A stretch of DNA of 64,000 nt from Promethearchaeota archaeon (GCA_019057795.1 JAHLWS010000052.1:32835-96834); one strand, 5' to 3'. Shown: positions 1 through 11,360, numbered from the stretch's first letter. The notes: generated by a model from the sequence alone, not told the origin. Numbers and translations are program-made.

Positions 1-2
1 GG

Positions 3-563
3 ATGCTAAATAAGAAAAATAAAAAGTTCTCAGAATTAACACCTTTAGAATACCTACTTTTCTCAATAGCACGCGCTTTAATCCAGGTACCAACGATTAT
101 AATGTTTTCAATACCTTATAGAATTTTAGGAAAATTTGAATACGAAAAATTTAACAATTACATAGATAAAATTAAGCAAGAATTTCATGTGATTATGCTT
201 TTCCATGGATCTGAGGAAGTCGTATTAAATTGCGACCAAATTTTAACGATCACCAAAAGAGCATCAAAAATAGGATCTTTTAAGGATTATCTTAAAGAAT
301 TGCCTCAATATGGCGAGATTGTAACGATAGAACTAAACGATCCTGAAGAGTTCTTAATTAGAAAACTAAAAGAAATGGAAGAAATTGAAGTAATAATTGA
401 AGAAAGAAAAAATGAAAAATATAAGATTTTTCTTAAATCAAATACAAATAATGTAATCGTAAAGATAACAGAATTATTTGGTCAACGTTTACAATGTTTC
501 AAAAAATCTACTGCCTCCATTGGAGAATATTTAGAATTTAAACAAAATTATAATAAAATATGA
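3..563 (+). CDS. Partial CDS (window edge), possibly the C-terminal part of a degenerate ABC-ATPase-like protein
   Basis: ORF runs from the window edge. 'FSELTPLEYLLFSIARALIQVPTIIMF' loosely resembles a degenerate ABC signature/Walker B segment. Confidence 0.35.
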   Translation: MLNKKNKKFSELTPLEYLLFSIARALIQVPTIIMFSIPYRILGKFEYEKFNNYIDKIKQEFHVIMLFHGSEEVVLNCDQILTITKRASKIGSFKDYLKELPQYGEIVTIELNDPEEFLIRKLKEMEEIEVIIEERKNEKYKIFLKSNTNNVIVKITELFGQRLQCFKKSTASIGEYLEFKQNYNKI

Positions 564-566
564 GGA

Positions 567-1379
567 GTGAATATGCTTAAAAATCTTTATATTATAGACG
601 AGAACGGAGTTTTATTATATTCCAAAAATTTTGTGAGAGAACAAAAGTACGACGATAATTTATTAATAGGTTTTTTCACATCTATTACTAACTTTAGTAG
701 GGAAGCCTTAGGTACGGCAGTTAAAACCGTTAATCTTGGGGAAAACAATAAACTTATCATCGTCACAAAACAAGAAGAACGGTTACTCGGAGCCGCGATC
801 GTGAGTTCAAATGATAACAACGAATTAGTCGCTAAAATTTTGAAAAACATTTTACAGGAATTTATCGATTCCTATTCGCCTGATTATGACACAGAAAAAA
901 TAATTCAAGAAGAAATGGAAAAAAACATTCAAAGCAATTTAAAAGGAAAAGTTATAAGCTCCCCCATAATTAGAGTGGGGATATCGTGGTTAATTAACGG
1001 TTCGCTTATCTACCCTTTAATTTTACTCAGTATTTATACTACTCTTTTTATATTTGCGGCTTTTGACCTAACTCAATATCTATATGGTGATGATCTGTTT
1101 ACAAAATTTTTTCCGGCTTTGATTCTGTTATCAACTGGAAATATCATAATTTTATTTCTATTTCCTAATTTTCTTTTTGGGATTTTATCTCCAAATAGAA
1201 GAGTTGCCATTGCGAACTCTATCATCCATTTAGCTGTAACTATTGTGTTATTTGCCTACTCAGCAGAACCAGCTTTTGCCTACATCGTTATAGGGCATTT
1301 ACCGTTAACATTGATTTTCTCTTTGTTTTTCTTGTTTGCCGGCATAAGATTCTCTTCAAAAAGGTTTTTAAAGAAATAA
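567..1379 (+). CDS. Longin-like N-terminal domain fused to multiple transmembrane helices
   Basis: N-terminus 'LYIIDENGVLLYSKNF...LLIGFFTSITNFSRE' matches the longin/roadblock-like pattern of Asgard proteins. The C-terminal half is hydrophobic (4-5 TM). Confidence 0.6.
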   Translation: MNMLKNLYIIDENGVLLYSKNFVREQKYDDNLLIGFFTSITNFSREALGTAVKTVNLGENNKLIIVTKQEERLLGAAIVSSNDNNELVAKILKNILQEFIDSYSPDYDTEKIIQEEMEKNIQSNLKGKVISSPIIRVGISWLINGSLIYPLILLSIYTTLFIFAAFDLTQYLYGDDLFTKFFPALILLSTGNIIILFLFPNFLFGILSPNRRVAIANSIIHLAVTIVLFAYSAEPAFAYIVIGHLPLTLIFSLFFLFAGIRFSSKRFLKK

Positions 1380-1562
1380 AATAAAGATAAGTTTTTTCTT
1401 CCTACTTCTTCTTTTTTATTTTTAAATTAATTTTAACTTTAATCGAAATGGGAATTATTAAATAAAAAATGTTTTTGTATTATCTTGTTTAGTAGAATTT
1501 TAGTTAAACATTTAAGTTATTAAATGAGTGAGTTGATTATTTCAACCTAGAATTTATTAATA

Positions 1563-1943
1563 ATGGTATGTGGTATAATGGTTTCAGTATTTATCGTAGA
1601 AGACGATTTGTCGTTGCAAAGGTTATATGAGATAATGCTAAAGACTTTCGGATTTGAAGTCGTTGATAAAGCGAGCAACGGAAAAGAAGCCATTGAAAAA
1701 TTCAAATCCCTATCGCCTAAACCGGATGTAATAATAATGGACCATCGAATGCCAGTTAAAAATGGAATTGACACGACCATTGAATTGATGAAGTTCAATA
1801 ACCACACTAAAATTGTTTTTACAAGCGCAGATAAGTCAATTAAAGGACGAGCGCTTGAAATAGGTGCTATTTCTTTTATCGAAAAACCATTTACCGTAAT
1901 TCAACTACAAAACGAAATCAATAGAGTAGTTAACTTAGTTTAA
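1563..1943 (+). CDS. Single-domain response regulator (CheY-like receiver)
   Basis: IVEDD, PDVIIMDHRMP, TSA and KPF motifs. Confidence 0.92.
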   Translation: MVCGIMVSVFIVEDDLSLQRLYEIMLKTFGFEVVDKASNGKEAIEKFKSLSPKPDVIIMDHRMPVKNGIDTTIELMKFNNHTKIVFTSADKSIKGRALEIGAISFIEKPFTVIQLQNEINRVVNLV

Positions 1944-2156
1944 GGCTATTCAATTTCTTAAAAAAATTTATACTCTAATTCTTACCTTTATTCAAATCTA
2001 TTTTTATAAATTCAACAATCTAATTATAAGAAAAATACATCTGTTTATGAAAATCATTTATGACAAATTTAAAATTTAATATTTAATTTTCGGAATTATA
2101 AAATTATTTTATTCAAAAATCAAAAAGTATGAAGATTGATTAAAAGGTAAAAAAAT

Positions 2157-3644
2157 ATGAGTTATAAATTACCAGATGATAAAGATTTAGATGCCATGAT
2201 TGGTATTGTAGGCAAAGATTATGCTACCAATAACAAAGCAATTACAGCGTCATATCTTTCCAAATCTGTAATGGGATTAGAAGCCCAAATTCCGGATATC
2301 GTCGTGCGCCCCAAATACGTGGAAGAGATTCGTAAAATTCTACTTTACTGCTCTGCAGAAAAAATTGCAGTCTCACCGATTTCAGGCGGACTATCTGGCG
2401 GCTTTGCTTGCCCAACCATTAAGCCTGCTGGAGTTATGCTTGATTTAGGTAGAATGAATAGAATTATCGAAGTCGATACAGATAATCGATACGTCATAGT
2501 CGAACCGGGAGTCACAATTGGCGAGCTTTGGGCTTACATGCACAAAAATTACCCAGAGTGGGCGCCCCCCGTACCAGACGGTGCTCCACCAGCTTCTACC
2601 GTAATGGGCGATGCTATCGATCGAGGGTTTTCGCTTTATACAAGTTCTGTAGGCCCACAGGGCGATAACTTCATGTGTGGTGAGATAGTATTTCCAAACG
2701 GAGATATTGTGCGAACCGGCTCTTGGGCACTTCCATTTGCGAAACCATTCTATAAATACGGATTAGGTCCAGATATCTGGTCCTTTTTGATGGGTTCACA
2801 AGGAACTCTAGGCGTAATGACTAAAGTTGCTGTTAAGATTTACCCACATCCAAAATTTAAGACTGTAGTTGTATGGGGTATGTCCAATCCTGAGGATATG
2901 CAGGACCTAACACTTGAAATTGGAAAACAAGAATTTGGAATTGCTCACAACACCGTTATGGTTCAAGGAGGGAATTATCCTTTAGTAATGACGCGTTGGC
3001 CAAAAGATAAAATTCCTCACGATTACGAATTCTACGAACAGTTAGGAATTAGTAAGTGGTGGATGAATTGGGAGTGCTGGGCACAAACTCAAGAAGAGTT
3101 AGATTATGTGGTTAATAGAATCAATAAAATGGCTGAGGATTTCAAGAAAAACAGAGCTAAAGACCCTGAAAGCATGAAACCTCAGGAACTACATCCCAAA
3201 CAAATCGCAAGCAGATTGAAGAAACCCAATAAGATTGCAGTTCCGTATTCCTTTTGGGAGGCAGGATTTTTATTTATTACTTTCTACTGCCCTTGGAACG
3301 AATGTGCACATTTTGCTAACATGTATACTGCTGCTATGGAGAAATATGGTTTTCCACCAGTTATGTGGATTGCTAGTATTGAGCGTTGTAGGCAAGCAAT
3401 TTGTATGCCAATTATTTGTTTCGATAGCACAAAACAATCAGATATCGAAAAAGTTCAAGAGATGAATAGAGAAACAACAGAATATGCGCTTAAGCAAGGA
3501 TGGTTGAATTATCGTCCAGATCCATACATCCACGCACCTCTCACTTATTCTCAAGCAGGAATGTATTGGAAATATTTGAGAACGATGAAGAAGATTTTTG
3601 ATCCTAATATGATAATGCATCCTGGGAGGCTTGCTCTTCCATAA
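2157..3644 (+). CDS. FAD-binding oxidoreductase (GlcD/D-lactate dehydrogenase, VAO-like family)
   Basis: PDIVVRP, LDLGRMNRI, VEPGV, GSQGTLG and C-terminal FDPNMIMHPG motifs. Confidence 0.85.
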   Translation: MSYKLPDDKDLDAMIGIVGKDYATNNKAITASYLSKSVMGLEAQIPDIVVRPKYVEEIRKILLYCSAEKIAVSPISGGLSGGFACPTIKPAGVMLDLGRMNRIIEVDTDNRYVIVEPGVTIGELWAYMHKNYPEWAPPVPDGAPPASTVMGDAIDRGFSLYTSSVGPQGDNFMCGEIVFPNGDIVRTGSWALPFAKPFYKYGLGPDIWSFLMGSQGTLGVMTKVAVKIYPHPKFKTVVVWGMSNPEDMQDLTLEIGKQEFGIAHNTVMVQGGNYPLVMTRWPKDKIPHDYEFYEQLGISKWWMNWECWAQTQEELDYVVNRINKMAEDFKKNRAKDPESMKPQELHPKQIASRLKKPNKIAVPYSFWEAGFLFITFYCPWNECAHFANMYTAAMEKYGFPPVMWIASIERCRQAICMPIICFDSTKQSDIEKVQEMNRETTEYALKQGWLNYRPDPYIHAPLTYSQAGMYWKYLRTMKKIFDPNMIMHPGRLALP

Positions 3645-3666
3645 CTGAGTAAGGAGGTAAAAAAAA

Positions 3667-5025
3667 ATGGCTAAAACTGGAATGGAAAGATTAAAAGAAT
3701 TGGAGAAGGAAATATATAAGTGTATCCACTGTAAAGCGTGTAGGTTTGCTTATTCGGGAGAGCCTAGTAAAAACGGAATAGGGGAGTTCGCTGGAAAACA
3801 AGGTACAGTTCTTTACGAAGGAATGGTTGACTCGTGTCCAGCTGGAATAGAATACGGTTGGGAAGCGTTTTGGAACGCCGGTAAAATTTGGATCGCTCGT
3901 TCAATTTTAAGCGGAGATTTAGAATTCTCTGACGAAGTAAGGGATGTTATTATGCCGTGCATTACATGCGGACAATGTGCAGCCCAATGTGAAAATAAAA
4001 TACCCACAGTAGACATCATTGAATCTTTACGGGCTGCCTGTGTAGAATCGGGCGTCTCTATGATTGAGAAACATGAATTAGTCGATCGCTTAGTCAAGGA
4101 ATTAAACAATCCTTACGGCGGGAAGGCAGAAGAGCGGTTTAAATGGGCTAAAGACGCTGGTTTAGGGAAATATATTAACAATAAAAGCGCTAAGGTTGGT
4201 TATTACGTCGGATGTACGGCGAGTTATCGTCAAATAGAGGTTGCTACTGCTACAGCAAAAATATTCGAAGAGTTAGGGATTGATTTTACATTAATCGAAG
4301 ACGAAGTGTGTTGCGGGAGCCCTTTCTTTAGGATTGGCGCCGTTGATACTGCTCAAGAGTTAATGAGGAAAAATCTCGAGGCTTTTAAGGATTTAGAAAC
4401 GGTCTATTTCTCATGTGCGGGTTGTTATAGGACTATAACGATTGATTATCCCAAGTGGATGGCAGAAGACGAGAAACTCCCTTTCAAAACCATGCACGCG
4501 TTTGAATTAGTTTCAAAATTAATCACTGAAGGAAAGATTAAGTTCAAACCTAATAAAGAACTTAAGGGAAAAGTTGTAACCTATCACGACCCCTGTCATA
4601 CAGGAAGACATTTTGCGCTTGACATGGAACAAGAAATGATCAAGAACTCCAAGAACCTAATGTTTGATATGCGCAAAGTAAACAAAGCGATCGACGAATG
4701 GTTTGAGATTCCTAGAGTTATTTTACGAAAACTTGAAGAAGACGTCGGTATCAAGTTTGTTGAGATGTATCGGATAAAGAATAATTCAATGTGTTGTGGA
4801 GCAGGCGGAGGAGTGAGGGCTGGTTATCCCGACTTTTCATTGCGCACAGCTAGTCTTCGATGCGACGAGGCTAATGCGGTAAAGGCTGACATTCTAACAA
4901 CCGAATGCCCCTTTTGTTGGAGAAATTTAAGCGATGCTAATGATCTTTACAATCATGGTATGCAGGTAATGGGCGTTCTGGAAATGATATCCACATACAA
5001 TCTTTTAGATAAATCAAACATGTAA
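3667..5025 (+). CDS. Fe-S oxidoreductase (GlcF/HdrD-like, CCG domains)
   Basis: CxxCxxC ferredoxin motifs, two CCG motifs and YHDPCH. Follows the FAD gene with an SD (aggaggt). Confidence 0.88.
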   Translation: MAKTGMERLKELEKEIYKCIHCKACRFAYSGEPSKNGIGEFAGKQGTVLYEGMVDSCPAGIEYGWEAFWNAGKIWIARSILSGDLEFSDEVRDVIMPCITCGQCAAQCENKIPTVDIIESLRAACVESGVSMIEKHELVDRLVKELNNPYGGKAEERFKWAKDAGLGKYINNKSAKVGYYVGCTASYRQIEVATATAKIFEELGIDFTLIEDEVCCGSPFFRIGAVDTAQELMRKNLEAFKDLETVYFSCAGCYRTITIDYPKWMAEDEKLPFKTMHAFELVSKLITEGKIKFKPNKELKGKVVTYHDPCHTGRHFALDMEQEMIKNSKNLMFDMRKVNKAIDEWFEIPRVILRKLEEDVGIKFVEMYRIKNNSMCCGAGGGVRAGYPDFSLRTASLRCDEANAVKADILTTECPFCWRNLSDANDLYNHGMQVMGVLEMISTYNLLDKSNM

Positions 5026-5031
5026 TAAACG

Positions 5032-5058
5032 AGGAGAATTACTCCTAATTTTTTTTTT
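5032..5058 (+). terminator. Putative terminator (short hairpin plus T-run)
   Basis: aggag-aatta-ctcct followed by a long T tract just after the stop at 5025. Confidence 0.5.
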
Positions 5059-5145
5059 AATTTTCTTTTTAACTTAAATAGTTCGAACAAACAAATATAT
5101 TCTAAAATTTTCATTATTATTATAACGTTTGCTGGGGTTTTTTAA

Positions 5146-8100
5146 TTGACTAATATAGAACACAAAACGGCCTATCCTTATATTACGGAATTTAAAAAAG
5201 AACCATTTAGATCTTTTGTTTTTGTTAAAAGAAGGGAAATTGGGAGTTTTTATCTTAGTGATTACGAAAAGGTCTTAGAATTATATCAGACTTACAACAA
5301 AAGTTTGTTAAATGAATCCAATTTACTTTTAGAGAATATATATTGGTTTCTTTTGTTAAGGAAATATCTCAAGCAAAAAAAGAATGATTATAGAGAAGAG
5401 TTTTTAGAATTTATAAAAAGTTGCGAAGTTGAAATTATTGAAAAAGATCAATTAGGTTTTAAAGCCTCTCCAAATTCCACTAAAAAACCTGATGTTTGGT
5501 CATCGTATTTTGCATTAGCAAGTTTAAAATTGTTAGGAGTTTTGAAGGAATATCTTTCTTCAAAGGGTCAGAATGAAAATATCAGAAAAATTAAAAACTT
5601 TATTTACGACCATAAAAGAAACAACGGATTTTTGCACTGTCTAGATAAAGAATGTGCAGAAGATAATAAAACGCCTGACGCTAAAACCCTATATTTCGTA
5701 ATTGAGAGCTTAATCCTTCTTGGTGTAGATGTACGGTTATTCAAGGAGCAATTTCGTCAATATATTAACGATCGGAAAAAAGATATTTCCGTAATTTTTA
5801 AGTTATTATGTCTTAAATTCTTTGATTTAGATTCAGATGTAAAAGATAAAGAAATTCAATTTCTCTATTCGTTTCAAAAAGATCACGGGGGATTTGGTTT
5901 TGATTCTGAAGATGGGGAAGTTTCTACTACTTTTTGGCTTGTAAATGTTCTTGATGTATATTCATGGTTAATTGATTATAATCCCGCGATGATTTATTCT
6001 TTTATCACAAAAAGTTTAGACACCATATTAAAAGAACGGGAAAGATGGAGTTTAAGGATCTTAACAGAAGTATCACAATTAGTAATTTTGTTATCTTTAA
6101 TATGGCATCGCTTTATCGAAGAGATTGAAAGAGTTGTGTTTAAACGCTTAGAAGAGCATAACTTTATAGATTTAAACCAAATTAAAACAACATTTGGTTT
6201 GAGTTATGGAATAGAAGAAATCATCTTGTACATTAATCTTAATTACACCATAAATTTAAGTATCATAGACAATGCGGTAGAATTCAATCTCTATCTTCAA
6301 AACCTTAGTCAAGGTAAAAAAATTATTATTGAGGAAATCTATAACCAACTGAGCAAAAATAGCATTATATCTCTTTCTGATATTTTTAAGAGGTATAAAG
6401 CTTCTTACCATTATGAACCTATAAAATTGAAAGAAGATATTTTTCCTTTAATTTACGACTTAATTAGCAATCATTTTTTTGAAGGAGAAATTAGAACTAA
6501 AAAAGCTTTTTTATTTAGAACTAAATTTTATTTATGTCTGGACTTTTTTTTTGAGAAAGTAATTGTTTCTGATAACGAGATAAATACGGAGAGGTTATAC
6601 GAGGAAAAGGCGAAATTAAAAGATTTCAAAAACGATATATATAATATGACATTAAAATTAGAGAACACTATTCCACAGATTAGAGAAGAAATTGAATCTT
6701 ATCTTTTATTAGACGAAGTTGAGTTTGCTAAAGAAAGGTTAAAGTTTATATTGCGAAACGCATTGATGGAAGCTGATTTCTTAAACGAAAACATTGAAAC
6801 TGGGTTTAATCAAGAATTAATTTATATTAATTTACAAGCTACATTAGGGTCTGAAATATCGCAATGGAACAAATCATATTCGCTTTTGCGGAATAGATTG
6901 AATGAATTAAATAAATATCTTCAAGGAAGAATCCAAGAAAAAGAACAATTAAAAAAGTATATTGTAATCTTAGATGAATTAGATACTAAGGTATATAATA
7001 TTCAAGATTATATAAATCGCGAGTTAGATTCTTTTAAGAGTTTTGTTGTAGAAATTCTTGAAGACGGGTATAGTAAGGAAAAATTTGATCTTATCATTCA
7101 AGAGTTTACCAAGATATCGCAATATGTAAATAAATATGATGGAATCGTCTACAAAATTTCTCACCAAATTACAGAAAAGGAAAAAAAAGTTGCCAAAAAA
7201 CATAGAAAAATAATTAATAATTGGGTTAATTTTAAGGAGAATTTTGATTCGATTTTTGCAGATTACACGAATGGATTTCAATTTTTTAACGAATTAAATG
7301 AAAAAATCGGGAATGTCAAGGATAATATCCAAGCGGGTATATTAGAAATAAAAGAAAATGTGAAAAGTAAAGTTATTAATAATGAATTTCATGACGCGTT
7401 TAAAACCATCAAAAAGGAAGCCAACATTTTATTAAAACAAAAAACTGAAGAAATTAAAGATTTAAAATCGATTGTAAAAAAGGAAATAAAATTCAAACAA
7501 AAGCTTTACCTTCTCTATAAATACTTGCAGGAGAAGTTAGATCGTCTTGAAGTGAACATTATTGATTTAGTAGCTGAACACATCCAATTTATAAAGGAAA
7601 AAGTTATTGAAGAGAGAAATAGGGCAAAGATTGAAGATTTTGATAATTTTCTATCTAGTACAATCACACACTTCAAAGATAAATTAGAGAATTATAAAAT
7701 ATATCTCGATCAAAATAGAATTAAAAAAATTGTCAATATAGTTATAGGTTTTGACAAGATACTTATTGAATTTAACGAGTATAATAAGAAATTTTCTAAA
7801 AAGTTAATTGATCTAAAAGAAATTGTTGAAGAAAATTCAATTACAACAATACAATGGAATAAATTTAAAGATTTTTTAAACGAAGAAATAACCAAATTAA
7901 AAGAAGAATATGTAGATAACATAATTTCTAACGAAATAATATTTATGAGTAAGGAAAAAAACACAGATAAAATAGATATTAAGAAACTAGCTAGCAAATT
8001 AGACCTCAAATGTAAAGCAGTAATTCCAAGGATAAAGAATTTGATAGAAATTTCCAAATTACAAGGAGATTTATTTGAAGATAAAAAGGAACTAATAGTT

Positions 8101-9549
8101 CATACAAAGGAGTATTACAAGAGTCGAGAGCTAAAAAATTACGTAGAAAACAGGATTTTAAAACAAACGCATGAATCAATTGGAAAATTTTTAGCACTTT
8201 ACGATTCTTGTATAAAAAATAAAACTTTAGGAGTAAATTTGTTAGAAATTCAGAATAGAATTGATGATTTGAGCAAATTAGAGGAAACTGTTAATAAGCG
8301 ATACGATATGAAGATTAAAGAGTTAAATGTTGACGAAGCAAGAATTGAAACCATGGAGCTCAAAAAAAGCGTTAACTCAATTATCAGTAATAATCGGTTA
8401 GCAATAGAAAATATAAAACAGAATCTAATACTTTTTAATGAGTTACTAAATTTTATAAGCAGCAAATATAACGCTCTTCAAATAGAAGTTAATAATCTTT
8501 TTGATAAACTCTCGGAAGACATTGAAAGGATCGAAGTTTACGGGAAAATGAGAGAAATTCTTGAAAGTAGAAAGAAAAAAGTCGAAATTAAATTTAAGCT
8601 AGTTGACGAAAAGATCGAAGAAAAGTTGAATTTAGTTATTAATAATACTTACGAATCAAGAAAATTTGAGACTGAAGCAAGAGAATTCTACATTAAGAAA
8701 AAGAATGAAACGCTAAAAAGGTACGAAGAAAAGGTATATCTCATTAACGAACAGATAAATACTTTAAGATTTGAGACTTGTCGCGACAAATTATTGATTA
8801 ATATAAATAAGAATAAAGTTCATTTGAGTCAATTATTAGGTACCCTTCAAGCGAGAGTTGAAGATTATATTGAAACAGAACAATTTAAAAGGGCAGCTCT
8901 AAAAGTAAATAAAAGACAAAAAAACATTGAACAAGAATTAAAAGATGTTAATAAAAGAAACAAAGAACTAATTAAAGAATTTAACAGGCAATCAAATAAT
9001 TTTGAAACTAAAAATAAACACATAATTGATGAATTTGAGCGTTTTATAAAAGAGTTTAGCGACATTTTAAGGGAGAAAGTTAAATCCTTAGAAGAGTTGG
9101 TGATAAAATCGTACGTTAAAATGGCAATAAAAGCTGTTGCTAACGAATTTCTTACGTTAAGCTTTTTACAGAATGAATTAAAAATAAAAAAACAGCAAAT
9201 CCAAAAACATCTTATTTCATTGATTAGCGCTGGAAAATTGAATGGAAAATTCGATCCCCAAATTGGGTTGTACTACGAAAATCCAGATGTCTTAGCAAAG
9301 TTGGATGACAAAGAGTTAGAAGTTATAAAGAAAATGAATTTTCGAGTATACATGTTTATTAGGCGTTTAAAGAATTTTACAAACCAGTACGGGTCAATCA
9401 TTGCTTTCTTTGCCTCAATCTTAACGATATCATATTATATCTTCCGACTCAGTGGAGAAAATCCAATTACAATTTTAATTCCTGTTCTTTTGACGTTAAT
9501 AGTATTCTTTTTCTTCTTTTTCAAAAAAAGGAAGGAAGATAAAATTTGA
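5146..9549 (+). CDS. Large protein: prenyltransferase-like repeats, long coiled coil, PCI-like winged helices, two C-terminal TM helices
   Basis: 'SSYFALASLKLLG' and 'GGFGF...STTFWLVNVL' repeats; heptad-rich middle; 'IKKLASKLDL...IKNLIEISKLQG' and 'LISLISAGKLNGKFD' PCI-like segments; hydrophobic C-terminus. Confidence 0.55.
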   Translation: MTNIEHKTAYPYITEFKKEPFRSFVFVKRREIGSFYLSDYEKVLELYQTYNKSLLNESNLLLENIYWFLLLRKYLKQKKNDYREEFLEFIKSCEVEIIEKDQLGFKASPNSTKKPDVWSSYFALASLKLLGVLKEYLSSKGQNENIRKIKNFIYDHKRNNGFLHCLDKECAEDNKTPDAKTLYFVIESLILLGVDVRLFKEQFRQYINDRKKDISVIFKLLCLKFFDLDSDVKDKEIQFLYSFQKDHGGFGFDSEDGEVSTTFWLVNVLDVYSWLIDYNPAMIYSFITKSLDTILKERERWSLRILTEVSQLVILLSLIWHRFIEEIERVVFKRLEEHNFIDLNQIKTTFGLSYGIEEIILYINLNYTINLSIIDNAVEFNLYLQNLSQGKKIIIEEIYNQLSKNSIISLSDIFKRYKASYHYEPIKLKEDIFPLIYDLISNHFFEGEIRTKKAFLFRTKFYLCLDFFFEKVIVSDNEINTERLYEEKAKLKDFKNDIYNMTLKLENTIPQIREEIESYLLLDEVEFAKERLKFILRNALMEADFLNENIETGFNQELIYINLQATLGSEISQWNKSYSLLRNRLNELNKYLQGRIQEKEQLKKYIVILDELDTKVYNIQDYINRELDSFKSFVVEILEDGYSKEKFDLIIQEFTKISQYVNKYDGIVYKISHQITEKEKKVAKKHRKIINNWVNFKENFDSIFADYTNGFQFFNELNEKIGNVKDNIQAGILEIKENVKSKVINNEFHDAFKTIKKEANILLKQKTEEIKDLKSIVKKEIKFKQKLYLLYKYLQEKLDRLEVNIIDLVAEHIQFIKEKVIEERNRAKIEDFDNFLSSTITHFKDKLENYKIYLDQNRIKKIVNIVIGFDKILIEFNEYNKKFSKKLIDLKEIVEENSITTIQWNKFKDFLNEEITKLKEEYVDNIISNEIIFMSKEKNTDKIDIKKLASKLDLKCKAVIPRIKNLIEISKLQGDLFEDKKELIVHTKEYYKSRELKNYVENRILKQTHESIGKFLALYDSCIKNKTLGVNLLEIQNRIDDLSKLEETVNKRYDMKIKELNVDEARIETMELKKSVNSIISNNRLAIENIKQNLILFNELLNFISSKYNALQIEVNNLFDKLSEDIERIEVYGKMREILESRKKKVEIKFKLVDEKIEEKLNLVINNTYESRKFETEAREFYIKKKNETLKRYEEKVYLINEQINTLRFETCRDKLLININKNKVHLSQLLGTLQARVEDYIETEQFKRAALKVNKRQKNIEQELKDVNKRNKELIKEFNRQSNNFETKNKHIIDEFERFIKEFSDILREKVKSLEELVIKSYVKMAIKAVANEFLTLSFLQNELKIKKQQIQKHLISLISAGKLNGKFDPQIGLYYENPDVLAKLDDKELEVIKKMNFRVYMFIRRLKNFTNQYGSIIAFFASILTISYYIFRLSGENPITILIPVLLTLIVFFFFFFKKRKEDKI

Positions 9550-9567
9550 TTTTGATAAAATGTTATT

Positions 9568-11112
9568 TTATTCTTTTCTTTTATTATGTAAGACAAATTT
9601 TGTAATAAGCAGAGAACTTAAAGCTGCGATGTATATAATGCTCCAAAGAACGATGTAAATTTCTATATTAAGATACCAGATTGGGTTTTTCAGATCATTA
9701 AAAGTGTGTACTTCGTTAGTCATAACAAAAAACGTCCCTAAACACCAGAGTTGACTGAATCTTTCTACACTATCGATTGTATAAACCATAACAGGGATAT
9801 TGTTTAAATAAAACGATCTATATAATTCATTAGAGTATTCATCACCTGTTTTGATAATTGAATAATTGTATTCAGATGTTTCGAATTCTTCTAAGGAAGG
9901 ATTAGATCTCATATCCATGCCTAATAAGATATCAGTGGCATTTTTTTGGTTGATCAAATCAATCCATTCAGCGTCGCTAGTGAAAATCATAACCTTTGTT
10001 AAATTAATTCCCGATTCGAGTGTTTCGTTTAAAATTGTTTCAAAATAAACATCATTATATAGATGGCTGGATGATGGTGATTTAATATCCAAATCTATTA
10101 AAAAGTCATTATCTCTTGTAAAATTTAAAACTTCTTCAAATGTGGGAATTTGTATGCCCCTGTAATTGTCTCCGTCTTCTTTTGAAATACGACCAAAGGC
10201 TAAAGCTCCGTATGGATCTTTGTCCGCAAACCAGCTACCAGCGTCTAATTGTCTGAGTTCAGAAAGCGTGAATGTTTCAACGCGATCGTTCTTACGATTT
10301 GGAAAAATTTCTTCTGCATTAGTAGTGCGAGTGAGAGTATCATCATGCATCAAAAATAATTCGCCGTCTACAGAAATTCTTATGTCGACTTCCCAACCTA
10401 CAGCGCCGTGTTCTACCGCTACCTCTCCCGCTACGATAGTGTTTTCTGGGGCTAAATGTGATGCACCTCTATGCGCTATAATGTTGGGTTTTGAAGGTAG
10501 ATCACCGAAAATCACATTTGAGGGGATAAACAATAGCGGGGACGCGAAAGCAAAAAAATATCCAGTAATTAAAAGTCCTAAAATAACTTTAGACTTTAAT
10601 TCTGCTTTTAATATTCTGTTTGATAAATGATTTTTCCACTGTGGAATTGATTTTATCAAAGGATATAAGCCCAAAATAAGTAAGAGCGAAAGTGGAATTG
10701 TTAAAAATATACTATAAAATTCAATAACTTGAGGAATTAATCGGGAGTATTGTTCTAAAGAGGATAATAATAGTGCGAATAGACTTGAATATATAAACAT
10801 CAGAACTATTGGTAAAATTTTGTTTAAGATACAAGGTTTAATTTGGTTATTTTTTTTAATATTCCTAAGATGCACATGAAGAATCGCAGCTCCATAAATT
10901 AACGGAAGTAATACGATCACAATAATTACAAATACGAGGTTTATATCAAAACTAACATAATCAGAAACAATTAAATTAATATCCCCCCAATATACATGAA
11001 AAATTAGCATTATTAAGGTTAAAACAGCCATGTTCATTATTAATAACGAGTCGAGGAGCAACCATTTTTTTCCTTTTCTTCTTAGAAACGAGTTGATATC
11101 CATTTTTACCAT
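9568..11112 (-). CDS. Membrane-anchored glycerophosphodiester phosphodiesterase
   Basis: IIAHRGAS..APENT, EVDI and LMHDDTLTRTT motifs; N-terminal TM helices. Confidence 0.9.
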   Translation of the reverse strand: MVKMDINSFLRRKGKKWLLLDSLLIMNMAVLTLIMLIFHVYWGDINLIVSDYVSFDINLVFVIIVIVLLPLIYGAAILHVHLRNIKKNNQIKPCILNKILPIVLMFIYSSLFALLLSSLEQYSRLIPQVIEFYSIFLTIPLSLLLILGLYPLIKSIPQWKNHLSNRILKAELKSKVILGLLITGYFFAFASPLLFIPSNVIFGDLPSKPNIIAHRGASHLAPENTIVAGEVAVEHGAVGWEVDIRISVDGELFLMHDDTLTRTTNAEEIFPNRKNDRVETFTLSELRQLDAGSWFADKDPYGALAFGRISKEDGDNYRGIQIPTFEEVLNFTRDNDFLIDLDIKSPSSSHLYNDVYFETILNETLESGINLTKVMIFTSDAEWIDLINQKNATDILLGMDMRSNPSLEEFETSEYNYSIIKTGDEYSNELYRSFYLNNIPVMVYTIDSVERFSQLWCLGTFFVMTNEVHTFNDLKNPIWYLNIEIYIVLWSIIYIAALSSLLITKFVLHNKRKE

Positions 11113-11360
11113 TTATTTATTAAATTATTTATTAATAAGTTAGATTTCGAATTTTTTGTTAATAAGCGTTATGACAATTTGTTGAAGTAAAAAATATAAA
11201 ATAATAGAAAAAAAATTTTATGATCAAAATTAATGAAAATATTTATTTTTGCACTTTAGAAGAATTATTTTCTGCCTAATGCTTCTAAATTTAAATTGTA
11301 GAGTAACTTCATTTATTTTATAGTAAATATTAAAATGGATTTCAAAAAAATAAATTTTGA

